Assembly (NCBI GenBank): GCA_964016885.1
Contig: OZ024747.1
Span: forward strand, 92,008,001 to 92,072,000
Origin: Eledone cirrhosa
Taxonomy: Eukaryota
Length of the DNA: 64,000 bases
Direction: 5' to 3'
Made by a program: the position numbers and the translations under genes. Shown here piece by piece: positions 40,613 through 56,530 of the stretch. Below the pieces are notes generated by a model. It was given only the letters and a program-made list of their open reading frames with translations, was not told where the DNA came from and searched no databases. Within the stretch, counting starts at the first letter, position 1. Every line of letters starts with the position of its first letter.

Positions 40613-42284
40613 CATCTTCCTCTTTTAACAGAAGAAGAACATTTTGATTTATATACTCTAACGTGCCGCTATATCTCTACCTTTGTATTCCGTATCTCAT
40701 TTTATGTTCCGTAACATAGTAGATCGACAAACAAGTGATCGATAAATAAAGTTACCAGGCTTGAAAAACTAAATACTAGCGTCGAAAACATCGATTACAA
40801 TCAAGTTGTTGCCCCGGAATGGCCGCAGTCTAATGGGTGAAATTCTTACTTGAATACATTGATAATATCTATTTGAATTTCTGTTGACTCAATCAAAATT
40901 TCTTTGAAATATGCAAAAACTAATATATACTAGTATAAAAAATATGCGTGGAATTCCTGATTGCTGTATTTTTTTAATGTTTAGAACGAACTATTTTTTA
41001 TAATATTAACTTGCTTATCAAATAACAAATTTTACATCATTTTTCAAATCATTTGAAATGTGTTAGTTTCAATTTTCTTTATTTTTACGATAAATTGAAA
41101 ATATGGAAGGTTATCTGGGAGACAATTGAGTTCATGTTTGTATATATTGAAAACTTGTCATTGTTTTCTAGTTACTACTTTCAGTGGCTAACAATTTGCT
41201 TGTCTGTATATTATGTTTCCATATTTGACATAAAGATTATCTCAATATACCTTTCATACGCAAATACACAAATATATACACATATACAAACACAAACACA
41301 ATTTTTATTTTATTGTATGTGCCCAACTCCTCTCTCTCTCATTCTCTCTCCCTCCCTCTTCCCTCTCTCCCTCTTTCAATCTTTGTCTTTCCATATCTTG
41401 CTCTCCAACTATGTACATCCACTCTCTCCTCTCTCTCTCTCCTCTCTTCCCCTCTCTCTCTCCTCTCTCTCTCCCCTCTCTCTCTCCCTTCTCTCTCTCC
41501 CCTCCCTCTCTCCACTCTCACCCCCTCTCTCTCTCTCTCTCTTAACCGTTCTTCAGCTGTGAACCAATACCCTTATTTTGAGTCACACTCTCACCATACA
41601 CATTCACTTTGTTATAGCTCTTCAACCTACTTTATAAGGATGCAATCCATCGTATTCTTTTTATGTTTCCATCTATACTCCATTTTAAAATGTTCCAAAA
41701 ATTACCATACAAAAGAATTACCATGATTCACATTCGACAAAGGCTCACCAATTTAGAGCATTTTTCACTTCTATTTCATAGGTCCAGTTAACTGAAAATA
41801 GATAATATTAGATACATATAAATAAATCATTCACTTTTTAAAATTCTGCATACAATGGAATTTGAAATTAGAAAAAAAGCATTCAAGATCAACCATTGTT
41901 CTCCGTGATATTGCATATCCATAATTGCAAGAGAGAGCATAATATATTATACAAACATGTATCTATATTAAACATAATATAAACGTAGTTTCTGATATAA
42001 TACATTCACACAGAAGAGCCATGATTCTCATTCGACAAACTAGCAACCAGCTTGAGATTTATTTTCTTAAGATAAGCCTTCAGTTTTAGTAGCATTGAGC
42101 CCAAAGTTCCGGGAAAAATAAATATACCTTGAAGTTGTTAGTTGGTGAGGAATACATTCGTTCCATTTTCATCCTGAAGTCATTATACTTCGTTATGTTT
42201 TCAATTTCTTTTTAGACTATGTTGTGGCGTCTGTGCATCATCAGGTGCATGACTAGTGTAAACTAGACATATAGGTCTAGCATA

Positions 42285-42355
<71 letters not shown>

Positions 42356-42457
42356 AAGGTATATATTGATTTAGGACCTCAAAATAGTCTCTTACAAGAA
42401 AATAGCTCTAAGAAAGAGATATTTCTGAGCCGTATATTATAATAGAATATATATATT

Positions 42458-42537
<80 letters not shown>

Positions 42538-42624
42538 GTAAAAGGTAAACAGAAATAACAACACAATCGGTACAGTATATGGAAGGAATATATTAGGTTA
42601 AAGCTTGAAATAGCAGGCAGAGGG

Positions 42625-42660
42625 TCTTAACGTTTCAGACGCTAGTCTTTCAGCAGAAGA
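42625..42660 (-). ncRNA. Degenerate minimal hammerhead in a PLE remnant
   Basis: tctt CTGcTGA a agac tagc gtct GAAA cg TT aaga; one core substitution (CTGATGA to CTGCTGA). Confidence 0.5.
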
Positions 42661-43376
42661 AAGAATGAGAAATAAGATAAATTGAAGGGACGGGCGGGTT
42701 GGAATTGGAGAAAATGTCTTTAGATAAAAATAACAGTTGCCATCTCGTGGAAAAAGAGAGAACAAAGTTTCAATTCAACATACATTATTCGTAATAACGA
42801 CATCACGAGTTATACTAGTTAGGTTTTGAAAAAGACCAGCTCTGAACCATAAGCTGTATGTAATAGTTCGATAATATTCAGCCCGTCACTAGGTTCGATT
42901 TGCTCGTCAGAGACAATAAAAGCTATAAACAGGAAGCATACAACTAGAGAAACACGTGTAACGTGTGATTACGAATAAACTATGTTGGATTGAAAGTTCG
43001 ATCTCTCTTTATTCATATAAAATCTCTGTAGTTTACGCCAACAAGGGGATGTTAGTATTAAATACCACATTTAGTACTATGTTTTGAGTACTTAAACTTG
43101 TATAACCTGTAGAAATTAGTATTATTAATCAGCTCATACAAAACAAAAGACTTGCTGAAGTAAAAGATTTAGTCCAGAAAGAAAATGAAACATGAAAGTG
43201 AACAGATAGTCATTGAGGAGGTCAGAGAATTGTGAAACGAAAGAACTTTAAGGAACTAACGAATGACTAGTAATAAAAATAAAGTAAAAAAGTGAAAATT
43301 ATATTCTGCATGTGTTTCGGTTTATTGGCAACAAAACCATCCCCAAATATAACATATATACATACATTCATACATA

Positions 43377-43454
<78 letters not shown>

Positions 43455-43816
43455 TAGATAAATCGATATAGAGGGAGAGAGAGAGAGAGGTTGATAGATA
43501 CATAGGTATTTCAGGAGGTCACTTAGTATTCAAGAAGTTTCGTCTTCAGTCCGGTTTGGCCAATACAGTGAGAGTAAAATATAGCAGACGGAACCAAATA
43601 TGTGTGCATGTATGTTTCTGTATGTGTGTATGTGAATGTGTGTGCTTGTGTTTGTACGTTCGTGCTTCCATTAATGTCCCATAACATACTGGTTCACCTT
43701 AAAAGAGATCGATTAAATAAGTACCTGACTTGAACAATATAAGCACTAGTGTCCCTATAATCGACACAACTCCAGTCATGCTACAGTTTAATGAATGAAA
43801 CCAGTGAAAGAGTAAA

Positions 43817-44372
43817 ATAATGATTTCTAGTATAGGCACAAGGCCATTAATTTGGGGGAGGGGAAAGTCGATTACATCGACCCCAGTACGTTACTGGTAC
43901 TTTATTTTATGGACCCAGTAAGGATGAAAGGCAAAGCTAACCTCGGTGGGATTTGAACTCAGAACGTAAATGGCCATAACTCTATACCGCAAAGCATGGT
44001 GTCCGACGCTCTATCGATACTCCCATTCCACCTAATAATGATTTCTACTTTAGTCACAACTTGTTGGGAGGAGAAAGTCAAGTAAGTTGAACCCAGTGCG
44101 TTACTCTTACTTTATTCTATCGACGCCAGGATAAATGAAAGTCAAATTTGACCTCGGCGAAGTTGAACTCAGATCGTAAAGGGACGTAACTATATGCCGC
44201 AAAGCATGGCACCCGACCCTCTATCGATACTGGCAATCCACCTAATAATTGTTTCTACTTTAGGCACAAGGCCAGCAATTATCCAATGTATTACTGGTAC
44301 TTTATTTTAGGCTGAAAGGCAAAGTTAACCTCGGCGGGATTTGAACTCACACCGTAAAGGGGCGTAACTCTA
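43817..44372 (-). mobile_element. Three head-to-tail SINEs, largely duplicating 39826-40330
   Basis: Shares unusual variants with the 39.8-40.3 kb copies (tatggacccagtaagg, gatactcccattcc, agtcacaacttgttggg, cgccaggataaatgaaagtc). Confidence 0.85.
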
Positions 44373-45475
44373 TCCATTCCACAATCACAATTTTTGCAAA
44401 ATATTTCAGTGATGGAACTGACCATGATTGCATTCGTAAATCAACGGATTCTGTGCTATTGACTAATAATTATTTGAAAACAAGCATCTCCTGCTTATAC
44501 CGAAAACCTTATCAAAGTGATTAGAAAACTACTAATACTAATTTAGTTTTACAGAAATGTTATAACCACCACCACTACTACTACTACAACAATCACATTC
44601 ACTACCATTACAGGCATTTCTGAAATATTGGCAAATGCTGCAAACTATTTCAGTACTTAAACAGTACTCTACTAAAACTGAAAATTTTAATGATTCATCG
44701 ATTAAAAAACAACACATAATTATTATAAGTTTAGCCAATTATATTGCATGATTTCATATATTACAGAAAGAAGCACTTGCTATGAACTTTGACTTCAACA
44801 TTCTTCAATCAATTGAAATCAAAGACTATTAAACTTTTAATTGACGATGTCTGTCAAAGAGATTCGGTGAACTAAACAACATACAATATTCATATTTGAG
44901 CAAATATTTTTAGTATCTTTCTAGTGTGTGTGTTTTTTTCTTTAGCGTGGTTTTTCTTTAGCTTGTATTACATTACAATTTTTATAAATGTCGAAGCAAA
45001 TATTTCGTGATGGCTGTAAGAATATACTCAACAAATATAAAACGGGTGCTTATTTTCGTTGAAACAAGCATATCGCCGAAAGTTGAATTTCAAATAATAT
45101 ACATTTTCTCTCTTTCTCCTCTCTCCCTCTCTCTCTCTCTCTCCATCACCTCTCACAATCTCCATTACCTCTCTCACTCTCTCTCTCTTCATCACCTCTC
45201 TCTCCTTCTCTTCCTCCCTTCTCTCTTTCACTCACCCCTCTCTCCCTCTCTTACCACCCTCTCCCCCCTCTCCCTCTCTTACCATTCTCTCTCCTCTCTC
45301 CTTCTCTTACCACCCTCTCCGCTCTCTCCCTTCATTTTCTCTCTCTGCTCTCTCCTTCTGCCCACTCTCCCCCTTCCTTCTCTCTCTTTGTCCACTCCCC
45401 CTCTCTTTCTCTTCTCCCTCCCTCCCTCTGTCTCTGTATAAATGAAATCTTAATGAAGGAAACATTTTCTTAATA

Positions 45476-45648
45476 CAGCGAAATTCCGTTATAACGAAAT
45501 TCTCAGAGAATAAAAAAAATTCGTTGTAACGAAAAATGCTTTATAACGAGATCGACCTAACACATCGAGCGTGTGGCCGGGGATTGAAAAAAATCTCGTT
45601 ATACTGAAAAATTCGTTATAATTGTATTCGTTATAACGGAATTTTACC
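45476..45648. mobile_element. Tc1/mariner (pogo/Tigger-like) MITE
   Basis: TA|CAGCGAAATTCCGTTATAACG ... CGTTATAACGGAATTTTACC|TA terminal inverted repeats with internal cgttataacg repeats. Confidence 0.7.
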
Positions 45649-45668
45649 TATATATATATATATATATA

Positions 45669-45808
45669 TTAATGCAATGAAATATCTATGATCGTCGGCA
45701 AATCACTGATGAGGGACTTATTTTATTACATGTTATCCACGTGCAACCTGCAGTATTCTTCTCCCCATTTTTTCACATATATTTACCTAAACTGCGATTC
45801 TGTTTTTT

Positions 45809-45845
<37 letters not shown>

Positions 45846-46312
45846 TACTGCTCCCTCGTTCTCTCTGTTTCTCCTACTTTCTTTCGCCCCCCTCTGTCAT
45901 GTCAGTTAACTCTTCCTCACACTTCCACTCACTCACTCACTGTTTCTCCTCTTCTCACTTCACCCCGTTCGCGACGAAAACATTTTCTCTCTTTCTCACA
46001 TTTGAATTCGTTCCCGAAAGGTCTTTTTTCTAAGCGCTCATATATTCACCTAGCTTATGCTAACAGAATAACTATGAAGCTTGTTCCCTTCCTTCTACGG
46101 TTAGCTCTCCTCTTTGTTGTTATCTTGTCTCACTCGCTTTACGTGTTTTAATTGTCCTAATAACTTAATTTAGTTATTATTGCACCGACGTGAGGTATAT
46201 GATTTTTAATGCAATGAAATATCTATGATCGTCGGCAAATCACTGATGAGGGACTTATTTTATTACATGTTATCCATGTGCAACCTGCAGTATTCTTCTC
46301 CCCATTTTTTCA
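45669..46312. mobile_element. Element with ~110-bp terminal direct repeats inserted in (TA)n
   Basis: 45669-45775 is nearly identical to 46206-46312; (TA)n on both sides. Confidence 0.6.
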
Positions 46313-46321
46313 TATATATAT

Positions 46322-46489
46322 ATATATAAAACGAAAAATCAGTGATGCATCTGAACTCAAAATTGATTGTGTGTTACAATTGTTTCGCCGGCGGACAGCT
46401 CGAGACACGATCATTGTGTGGATCTGTCTGATTCTGGATCTGCAGGTTCGACGGACACTGATTTTATACACTGATTTTTCGTTTTATAT
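46322..46489. mobile_element. PLE-like stub with inverted ends and a broken hammerhead
   Basis: Ends atataaaacgaaaaatcagtg / cactgatttttcgttttatat; minus strand 46371-46408 reads gtgt CTCGA gctg tccgc cggc GAAA CAATTG TA acac. Confidence 0.6.
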
Positions 46490-46567
46490 TATATCACACT
46501 CTGCTCTGTAAGAACATAGAGTGCTCAACCGGCATACCGCCTATGGAAACATCTTAGCTACCATCAG

Positions 46568-46632
<65 letters not shown>

Positions 46633-49600
46633 TGCATGTTTGTGTATAAATGTACACTGCACACACACATATGTATATATTGCCGTCACTCCCATGTTTC
46701 ACCTAAGGGATTTACGTGACTATACAGTCGTGAGCAGGCACAAGCACTCTCTAGAAATATATTATGTATGAACAGCACAACATCTATTTAAACACTTAAC
46801 ATAGATTTTACTATAGATTTTATTTTTTATTTTAGCCTCGTCTCGAAAGTGTACAGTGTCTGTGCCCCAGCATGGCCTCAGCCCCTCGGCTGGAACGCAA
46901 ATAAGTAAATATTTATTTTAGCCTCATCTGGAAAGTGTACAGTGGTGGTGCCCCAGCATGGAACACAAATAAGTAAATGAATAGTAAAAGCATTTTACTC
47001 AACGTAAGGAAACACAACTATCAGATGAAGAAATGGTGGTAATCTGCCTCACAATACGAGAGTCAGGAAGCTGTTCGATAAGTTGAAGATTTCCATGTTC
47101 GTCAATGAATTCGTTAATATTTCGCGCACAAAATGTTTTTTTCTATAAAAATATATACTGGTAATTTTAATTAATGTACCCATAACTTCATATCACTTCC
47201 TTCGTATAACCATATCAAATACTAATAATTTGATTTTTATTGCAGAGTATATTACTTTTCCAGAATATAATCCTGAATATGTAGAATAACCTTTATTAAT
47301 GGAAGAATGTCTAATTATGGAATACAAAATATATGAGATCGATAGTGATACGCATTCCTTCTCTCCGCCATCTCTTCTCTCTCATCTAGTTTCCTTGTCA
47401 TAGTACTTAATGTAATATGAATCCTCAGTGTAATAAACATATCAAGATATTTCCATCATGCAAGGTTCTATTAACGTTATTGGTATTCTGGTGATCAAGA
47501 AATTGTGGTTTGTTGTAACGCTAACTCCCCTTGGACTATCTAAAATAATATGTCGAAGTAAATTATAACTCTTTTCTTTTCTACGTCTATCGTTTATTAT
47601 ACGATTATAATAATCCATATAGAAGATAGAAGCAAGGAAAACAAAATAGTATACACACTTTTTAATATAAGTTGGGTTGTTTTTTTACATTAAATAACAT
47701 TTTTCGTTTTTTTATGTGTGTAATATTATATTTTTAACTAAATATAATTCACAACAATTCACCTAGCTATTCTTATGTATGTGATTATTAGAAATTATTC
47801 CCATTTTTATATTCTAATAATTTTTCCTGTATTGTTTATTCAGATGACTATAATTTAGGTAGTTTTATTCAACAGTAGAAAATCCATATACTTATGAGAC
47901 AAAAACTTGTTGTCATAGACGTAAAGTAAAAAGATACAGTTAAAATATTAATAGTACAAACATACACACTCTCAATATATTCTTAAAATATATGCACTTA
48001 TATTATTCTCCATAATTAGACCAAAACATTACAGTGAACTCGTTATAGTTTGCTTATATTTATAGCAATTTTACTAATTGTGTGTTCCTCTATGGCAGAA
48101 GATACCCATGATTTTTTTAAACCAGAAATATATGTATCGCGTTCTCGACACCCGTATTAAACCACCATTCTCGTTTAGTTTTGTCACTTAGAGTAATTTG
48201 TTGATTCAGCCACTTCAATCTCTATCATAGGCAACAGTTTAAATATGATAATCATATTTGTAACGCTATTAATAATCGTTGGAGTTACAGTAAGTGTCAG
48301 TATATCCATAGCTTTTTTATAATCACACTGGTTACATCCATGCTGTTTTATATACGTGTTACTATAAGAATTACAAATGCATGTATATGTGGATTTTTAG
48401 CAACATTGACGTCAATACAAAAAATGGTTCTTATAGTGATACATCATATCATTGTTTAAGTGCTAATATACACAGAAATATATGAATGAATACCTGTACA
48501 AAGATGTCAAATTTACCATTATATATCAATCTTTAGAAAATATAAATACAAAAATCACATATTAAATATGCCAAGATTGGAATATTCTGTCGCTTTTATA
48601 ATTATACTAGACATCATTTTTTAAAAATAAAATATTGATTTTGAAGCAAAAAAAATGTTTTATTATTTAAAAAGAAATGCGCGATGAAAAAATTATAAGA
48701 ACAGAATTCACAATGGATTAAATTTAATACAAAACTGTATCAATCAAAATGCAGGATTCTATGTTGTCATCAACACAAAAATATGTCCCTATAGCAATGT
48801 TTCGGTGTCTCCCGGCGATATATACGATTTAATAAACTTACAAACCGTTGATAGTTTTTATCCTCTCTTATCCACGAATGCTTACATAGATTCAACGATT
48901 CTAATCAATAAACACAATGCCCAAGAACACATGATTTATAACTCCCTGTATAATTTTTATTTTCTATTTCTATTAAAGTTTGTGACGGTTGTTTTATTTG
49001 TTGTTGACCAAAGAGCATAATGGTGATGTTGCAATGTGTTATGCATATGCCATTGACGACAATGAACATCAACAAGGTTGGAATTAATAAACTTATTTGT
49101 TATTAACCTTTAAACGATTAATAAAGTAATTTTTCCGTCTGAGAAAAATCTCATAGCATATAAGAAAGCTTAACTAAAGTGATTTTATTCTACCGTTGAA
49201 TGACCCTTTTGTTTTTCTGTATTTTTAGCCTCAGGGTTTGGAGAAGGGCAACGCGCTCCAAATGGAACACTAGAGAATAATATCAACAAAGGTGAACAAT
49301 GCCACTGGTATGACGTTAGATATTAAACATCTGTCTGGGGCTAAATATGAAAAAGAAAACACATTCTACCTTAAACTGAAAGCCTTGTCCTAGCGCCAGA
49401 GATACATAATCATCCATACAGCCCCTAATACACGACCACGTCAACTACAAACCAGTCAAACAACAACAGAGAATTTCAAAAGCTCTACAATAAGAGTATA
49501 AATTACAGCAACTATGTATACATTTCTATTTGCAAACAAAGAAAATGTTTGAATTCTTGAGATCTTTATATTATATTTTTACATGACATCTGTTAACGGA

Positions 49601-51601
49601 AACCAAATATGATCGAAATATTGACATATACTTCCAGTCTCTGATGTGTAAGAAGATAGAAGAAAGATGAATACAATACTGATATCATGAAAGCAGTTGA
49701 GATAAACTAAATGCTCAAAATTCCTAACAGATTTTGATAATCATAGATACGGATATTAAATAGTTTTATCTACCCACAGAAACTCCAGAAACTTCAAACT
49801 GAGACCAACAATTAAATCACAATCAGAAATCCCTGACAGAATACTAACAGAAGCAGTTGATATCTCAAAATATATTGAGGCAGTAATGTCATGTGAATTA
49901 CCCGCAAAATACAGTATTAATATAAATTTCCTTTTCCTTTGTATTTAATTGAATCTATATGCTTCATGTATTCCAGGCATGACCAGCACCGTAGCTTATG
50001 TAATAAATTTCCGTTTAACTGGATAATTCACTCTACGAATAATGCTGCATTCCCGCTCATAGCTAATTTGCTTACTCCATTATCACATTTCATAGATATA
50101 TAATTGTTATAACTCCCATTCAAGCTCATTCTGAAGTCAAGATTGCTGATTCCCCGTTTATGAATACCTGTGGCTAGGCGAGTAAATTTTTTCCTTCTAA
50201 TGCGATGGATAAAGACTTCACCATTGTTTTTACGCAGATTGTCAATTGTAGACTGTAAATTAAAATAGGGCACTGGAAATAACAGCAAAAATCTCACTAA
50301 GAAATAACTATTAGCAGAGCTCAGTAGAATCTTCTTCGTAGTCACTTTACGTGCTAGAAATAACAACCAATATTTCTCCAATCAGACACTTTTATTTAAA
50401 AAAGAAATAAACATACATTAAATAATGTTGTCGTAGACACCCCTAAAAAGACGAGATAGTCATAGCTTAAATGATTTGTTTTTCTTTTCTTTTCATACTC
50501 TTGCTGTCTCAGCTTTAATCTAAATTTGAACAACTTATCGAAAGGAATAGGGAGCCTCTATGCTGTCGCTAGATCTGATCAATTCACTCCCTACCTATAA
50601 AAGACAAATTTGATAAGGTAGTTCTAAATATTACTAAAATGAAAAAAAAAATGGTCACGACTCTAATGCCTTTGATCCCATCTCTAATTGGTCAGGTTTG
50701 ACTTGGAAATAAACAACAGCTATTTTTACTAACGACACTCTTTGTGAGAGAGGCCAAACTGTTGGCAAATATTCAAGCGAAAACTTTTAACTCATAATTT
50801 AGAAGGGTTATATATATGACATACACCTGTGTCTCTTTCTTCAATGATATATCCACCACCCTATGGCTCACAAAATCAGGGAAGCTGCCACTCTGATATC
50901 AGCTACGATAGATGTCTTTCATGACTGTAAAGAATAACTCTAGCATGTAAACATAAAGCTTCTATAGCAGACCATATAAAGCTTTCTGCTTTCTGCTTTC
51001 TCAACGCAATTTTGTGTATTCTATATCATATCTCCTACCGATAGCTGAGGCAAGCTATCAAGGGTGTAAATTGAAAGCCTCTGTTCTAGGTTCACAGCTT
51101 CGCCAAATATTCTGGAAATGTGTCACTGAAAATCTACAAACATCCCAGCGGAATAGAATAGATTGCGTCTGTCGTGGTCCGTCAAAACAGAATTATGTCT
51201 TAGTCTCCATGTTACACCAATCTTCTATATTAAAGTTTTTGAGGTGTAAAACGACAGTCGCACAGGAAAGGGGATGGTAAGAGTGTGTGTAAGAGAGGGG
51301 TGGTGGATGGACGACGCCAGAAAACCTGCAATCACACGTTGTAAGAAGTATCGAAAAGGGATGGCGAGAATGTGTATATGTGTTTGTGAGTGTGTATGAG
51401 AGAGAGAAAAAAGAGAGAGGGAGGGACAGAGAGAGAGGGAGTAGAAGAAGGTGGGTTGATTTTATTTCAAATTGTAGAGTAAAATTCTTGAACCATTTGG
51501 ACATGTTTTTGTATTCACTCACTCACATATCTGTAATGAATGTCGAGGTAAAACAAATATATATCTAAGAAAAAGTTACGGTATGAAATAATTCACATGC
51601 T

Positions 51602-51687
<86 letters not shown>

Positions 51688-52186
51688 CAAATACTTATGC
51701 GCATTTAGAGCTTACGCACACTCCTGTCTACACGTTGGTTAGTTGATCATTGAGTACAACTTCAAAACGCGCAACCGATTAACTAATACAAAGGAACCAA
51801 ATATATATATATATATAAGTATTGAAGTTTCCGTTGAAAATTGAAAAAGTCATAGGAGTGAAGAGTGCTCTATGTAAGTTACAGAGCTAAATTTAATGTA
51901 TAATAAACAATACATATATATACAATACATATATATATATACAATATATATATATAAAAATAAATTCCCCAATAGTGGGGGTTGGAGGACCCAGAGGTTA
52001 CTCAGGTGCCCCACCAATCCTAAACCACCCGACGCTTCTAGGGCACTCACCCCTCTCCTTCTCAAAATGATAATTATAAAGTGCGGGAACGAAGTATCAA
52101 TATATCTACGGTTCTTATATATTTGATATATATTTAGCCTTATCGATCCCTCTTTGGATTTTAGTCTTCACATTTATTATTATTAC

Positions 52187-52265
<79 letters not shown>

Positions 52266-52267
<2 letters not shown>

Positions 52268-52396
52268 CGAAGGAAATGTGGTAAGGAACCAGATGGACCA
52301 TAACACACCAGGGTACTCAATACTTAGAGTAGTAGAGTGGGTAATAGGAACGAGTGGGACCCCGACGGCCGAGCCCAAGTCGGGGTCCCACGTGTT

Positions 52397-52398
<2 letters not shown>
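52266..52398. mobile_element. PLE-like stub, 'ccccgacggc' family, in (TA)n
   Basis: aacgaaggaaatgtggtaaggaacc... plus a short fold-back gtgggaccccgac / gtcggggtcccac. Confidence 0.6.
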
Positions 52399-52448
<50 letters not shown>

Positions 52449-52622
52449 GTGTACGTGTGGGTGTGTTGTATGTCTGTCCATATATGTAGCAATTGACAAT
52501 TATCATTTATAGTAGTTGCTCTATATGTATGTATAATTCATTAACTGAGACATGTATTCAAACATGAAAAAATAAATATACACCAGAATAATTGGTATAT
52601 ATATATATATAATTGGTATATG

Positions 52623-52715
<93 letters not shown>

Positions 52716-52870
52716 CTATATACATATATATATATATTCACATATATATTTATATATAAGTATATATATGTGTGTGTGTGTGTGTGTGTAAATGTGTGTG
52801 TGTGTGTGTGCGCACATACATATGTGTGTCTATATATAAATATGTATATATGTATATAAATATATATGTG

Positions 52871-52923
<53 letters not shown>

Positions 52924-53003
52924 ACACATACATATGTGTGTCTATATATAAATATGTATATTTGTATATAAGTATATATATGTGTATATATATATATATA
53001 TAA

Positions 53004-53082
<79 letters not shown>

Positions 53083-53140
53083 CACACATACATATGTGTG
53101 TCTATATATAAATATGTATATATGTATATAAGTATATATA

Positions 53141-53169
<29 letters not shown>

Positions 53170-53173
<4 letters not shown>

Positions 53174-53465
53174 TGTTATACTTGGGGAGGGTCATATTTG
53201 AGTATATAAACTATATATATGTGTTTGTGTCTATATTGTATCTATTATTTTTGACCGTTGGCTCAGTCAATGGCAACATTGAGGACCGACTAAGTTAGAT
53301 TACCGATATAAAGGACACAGAAGCGAAAACCAACCAAACAGTGAGTGTGTTCTGTTATTAATTCTGGCAATATTACAACAATATGACCCTCCCCAAGTAT
53401 AACAATATTTGTTTCGACACACGATTTCATATCAAAAACCTCGCAAAACTAATTCATCGCCGTTA
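53170..53465. mobile_element. Naiad-like PLE fold-back stub in (TA)n
   Basis: The minus arm is only atgaccctccccaagtataacaata; the plus arm encodes [27 protein letters not shown]. Confidence 0.75.
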
Positions 53466-53603
53466 TATATATATATAGAGAGAGATATATACTTATATAC
53501 ATATATACATATTTATATATAGACACACATATGTATGTGTGCACACACACACACATATGTGTGTCTATATATACATATGTATATATGTATATAAGTATAT
53601 ATA

Positions 53604-54310
<707 letters not shown>

Positions 54311-54467
54311 ATATACGTGACATTTATGTAAATGTTTCGTCTCTTTCTAAGGTGTTTCAGTGTCTTTTAACGATCTATCTGCCTACATACCCACCTGTCT
54401 ATATCTACTTACAAGGACACACACATATGTACATACATACATACATACATACATACATACACATATG

Positions 54468-54498
<31 letters not shown>

Positions 54499-54775
54499 CA
54501 CGTGATATTAGACATTAAAGCACCAAGCTGAGATACAAGTTCAATCTATATATGTATATATATACACTATGATAGTGTATGCACACACACTCACACACGC
54601 ACACACACGCCCACACACACCCAAACACACACATATATATATGTATGTAAATGTAGTATGTACATAATATGTATGTATGTGTGTAGCTATGTATGCATGT
54701 GTGTATGCATCTAAGTATATATGTATATATGTATCTATGTGTGTATATTTATATGTATGTGTGTATGTAGTTGAG

Positions 54776-54832
<57 letters not shown>

Positions 54833-54967
54833 ATGTATGCCTCTATGTATATTTAATATATATAGGTAGGGAGGTCGGCTGTGAGCTAGGCATGTATGTA
54901 TATTTATCTGTATATATATACATTCGTATACCTGCATATCTATAAAAATATATACATATGAAGGATA

Positions 54968-55012
<45 letters not shown>

Positions 55013-55089
55013 AAGTGTGTGTGTGTGTGTCGTTATATGCATAACTCTCTCTTTCTCTCACCCTCTGCTTCTATCCATCTCTCCGTCCT

Positions 55090-55121
<32 letters not shown>

Positions 55122-55544
55122 TCTCTCCCTCTCCCTCTCTTTCTCTTTCTCTCCCCCTCTATCTCTCTCTCCCTCTCTCTCTCCCTCCCTCTTTCTCTCC
55201 CTCTCTCTCTCTCCCTCTCTCTTTCTCTCCCTCTCTCCCTCTATCAGTCGTGAAACTATATATGTATAATTGGACTATCTAATTTGTCTTAATAAAAAAA
55301 CAACAACAAACAAACAAGCCGCCGTCGTCATCATCACCATCTTTATTTATATAATTATAATTAGAATAATAATATATTTTTTTGTTGTTGATATCATTAC
55401 TGCTGTGGTTGTTTTTGTTGTTTTGCTGTTAGCATTGCCGCTGCTGCTGCTGCTTGTGTTATTTTAGTTTTCCAGTGCAAGTCAGCATTTCAAGTTGAAT
55501 GTGGAATAGTCCTAGATAATTGCTGAATGGAAATATGTCTACCG

Positions 55545-56530
55545 ACGGACACACACATGTATAGAGATACAGTCACACACACACCGGCGATACAAATATA
55601 GAAACACACATACACACACACACACGCACACACACACAAAACACACACACACACACACATACACACACACACACGCACACACACACAAAACACACACACA
55701 CACACACACACATACACGCAGACATACACACACAAAACACACACAAAACACACACAAAACGCACGCACACACAAAAAACACACACACGCACACACACACG
55801 GACGCACAGACACACACACACGTACACATAGACACACACACACACAAACAAAACACACAGACACACACACAAAACACACGCGCGCGCAAAAAACAAGCAC
55901 ACGTACACACAGACGCACACACACGCACGCACACATACGCACACACACGCACACATACGCACACACTCGCACACATACGCACACACACACGCACACATAC
56001 ACACACACACACACACGCACACACATGAACACACACATGCACGCACGCACTCACACACACACACACAGATGGACACACACATATATAGAGATACAATCTC
56101 TCAATCAGCCGTGATACAGATATAGAAACACACACACAAATAGACACAAACACACAAACACACAGGCACTCACACGTGCTCATGCACACACAGACACACA
56201 CATAGAAACACAAACACACATACATGCACACACGCACACAGACGGACATACACATAGACACACAGACATAGACACACACACATAGACGCACACACACATA
56301 GACGCGCACACACACACACGCACACAAATGTTCATGCACACACACACACACACACAGACTCACACACATATACAGATAAAATCTCTTACACACACATACA
56401 CGCTCACGCATAGATACATACACACACATACACACACACATACATACACACATACACACACATACACACACATACACACACATACAAACACACATACACA
56501 CACATACATACATACACACATATACACGCG
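55545..56530. repeat. (CA)-rich degenerate microsatellite
   Basis: Seen directly; explains the C/V-rich ORFs. Confidence 0.9.

Noticed and set aside
49229-49307. Possible host exon (tttttag|...SGFGEGQRAPNGTLENNINKGEQCH..|gtatga)
   Set aside because: Plausible splice signals, but no recognisable homology or partner exons; cannot be supported without RNA data.
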